Shown one piece after another: positions 63,301 through 64,000 of a stretch of 64,000 bases of DNA; position 1 is the first letter of the stretch, and every line of letters begins with the position of its first letter. The notes below the pieces were generated by a model. It did no database searches, was not told where the DNA came from, and saw nothing but the letters and a program-made list of their open reading frames with translations. The position numbers were made by a program, and so were the translations under genes. This DNA is from Dudresnaya verticillata (taxonomy: Eukaryota): positions 992,001-1,056,000 of the forward strand of contig OZ374565.1 in NCBI GenBank assembly GCA_977862235.1, read 5' to 3'.

Positions 63301-64000
63301 TGCGCCTTGCGTCGTTGCATAACCGACACCGGCAGGACGCCCACCATGCTGACGGCCAGGGTGGTGTATGGCGAAGATATCCCTGATCTGGAGTCTGACA
63401 CCGCGAAGGATGAGGAAATGGAAGTCGACCCCGCACCTTCTATGAAGCGTCAGCTCTACGCATAATCCCGATCGGTGCCACTTGTAAATGAGCCTAGTGA
63501 CTTGATGGAGCCCCCTTCCACTGGCGGAGCGAGAGTATAATTTCCTCACCAATTCGGAGTGGGCCCCGTGGGTAAGCATTCGTTGCCACTTCCTGCAACA
63601 TTTAGGCCTAATTACGAGAATTCTTCGAGGCCATGAACGCCAGGGGTACTTGCACCCCGCGTTTAGACAGTTACCGATATGGAGTAGAGTCTCTTGGGCA
63701 AGGGCTCAGTGGCCTTGATTCCGGAGGTCATGCCCGTTTTTGCGAAATAGGACGGGAGCTCACGCGATTAACCGCGGGAGCTTCTTCAACGGCGTCGCGT
63801 AGACGATGCTGCTGTACTTTTTCTATTGCAATATCGGTGGATGAAATTCTGTCGCAACTCCTCCGCGGGCTCATAGGTGTCCTTGGCTGGCGGGTAGCCG
63901 TACCAGCGCACTTTGTAAGTCATGCCCGTCGGCTCCTCGCGGTGTCCCCGATTTGGTAAATCATATACTCCTTATCGGCGTCAATGGGTTCCAATGACAC

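Larger units (their letters stand above)
37937..64000. repeat. 4,402-bp tandem macro-repeat; units start at 37937, 42339, 46741, 51143, 55545 and 59947 (last one truncated by the window end)
   Basis: The ORF track recurs with an exact 4402 offset and identical translations. Units start with AGCGAGCATTGGGGGTCC. I noticed only one difference between copies (A at 38948 versus C in later copies). Confidence 0.98.

Noticed and set aside
37937..64000. rDNA, 5S, snRNA, tRNA or histone-gene array
   Set aside because: I found no conserved rRNA, snRNA, tRNA or histone motifs in the unit; the identifiable parts are TE remnants.
37937..64000. CRISPR-like or variable-cassette array
   Set aside because: Units are essentially identical, with no repeat-spacer alternation or variable segments.

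Overview
Eukaryotic, gene-free, transposon-dense window. The element types and nesting resemble red-algal (florideophyte-like) genomes, but that is my inference. No intact host gene, rRNA, tRNA or CRISPR array is supportable. From left to right: (1) The 3' part of a + strand Ty3/Gypsy-type LTR element ('A', <1-3560: long antisense ORF, PPT, 675-bp LTR), inserted in the 3' LTR of the next element. (2) A decayed - strand chromodomain Ty3/Gypsy ('B', ~3561-34541: gag, PR, RT, RH, IN-chromo plus its own antisense ORF). (3) An 18,568-bp CACTA/EnSpm-like DNA transposon (9652-28219) that splits B's RNase H exactly; it has CACTA...TAGTG termini, a 2-bp CG TSD, a disrupted DDE transposase and at least three further large decayed ORFs. 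(4) A solo LTR with a CCTAC TSD (35599-36433) among degraded repeat remnants. (5) A near-perfect 4,402-bp tandem array (37937 to window end, about 5.9 copies) whose unit is a mosaic of dead TE pieces. The most notable signal is one uncharacterised protein domain (P-x-W-x9-11-P-T/x-P-x-V-x-x-Y ... E-[WY]-x7-W ... R-x-[FY]-x-[VL]-P). It appears to be shared by the antisense ORFs of two different Gypsy elements and a cargo ORF of the CACTA element, and a relative of the element A ORF also sits in the satellite unit.
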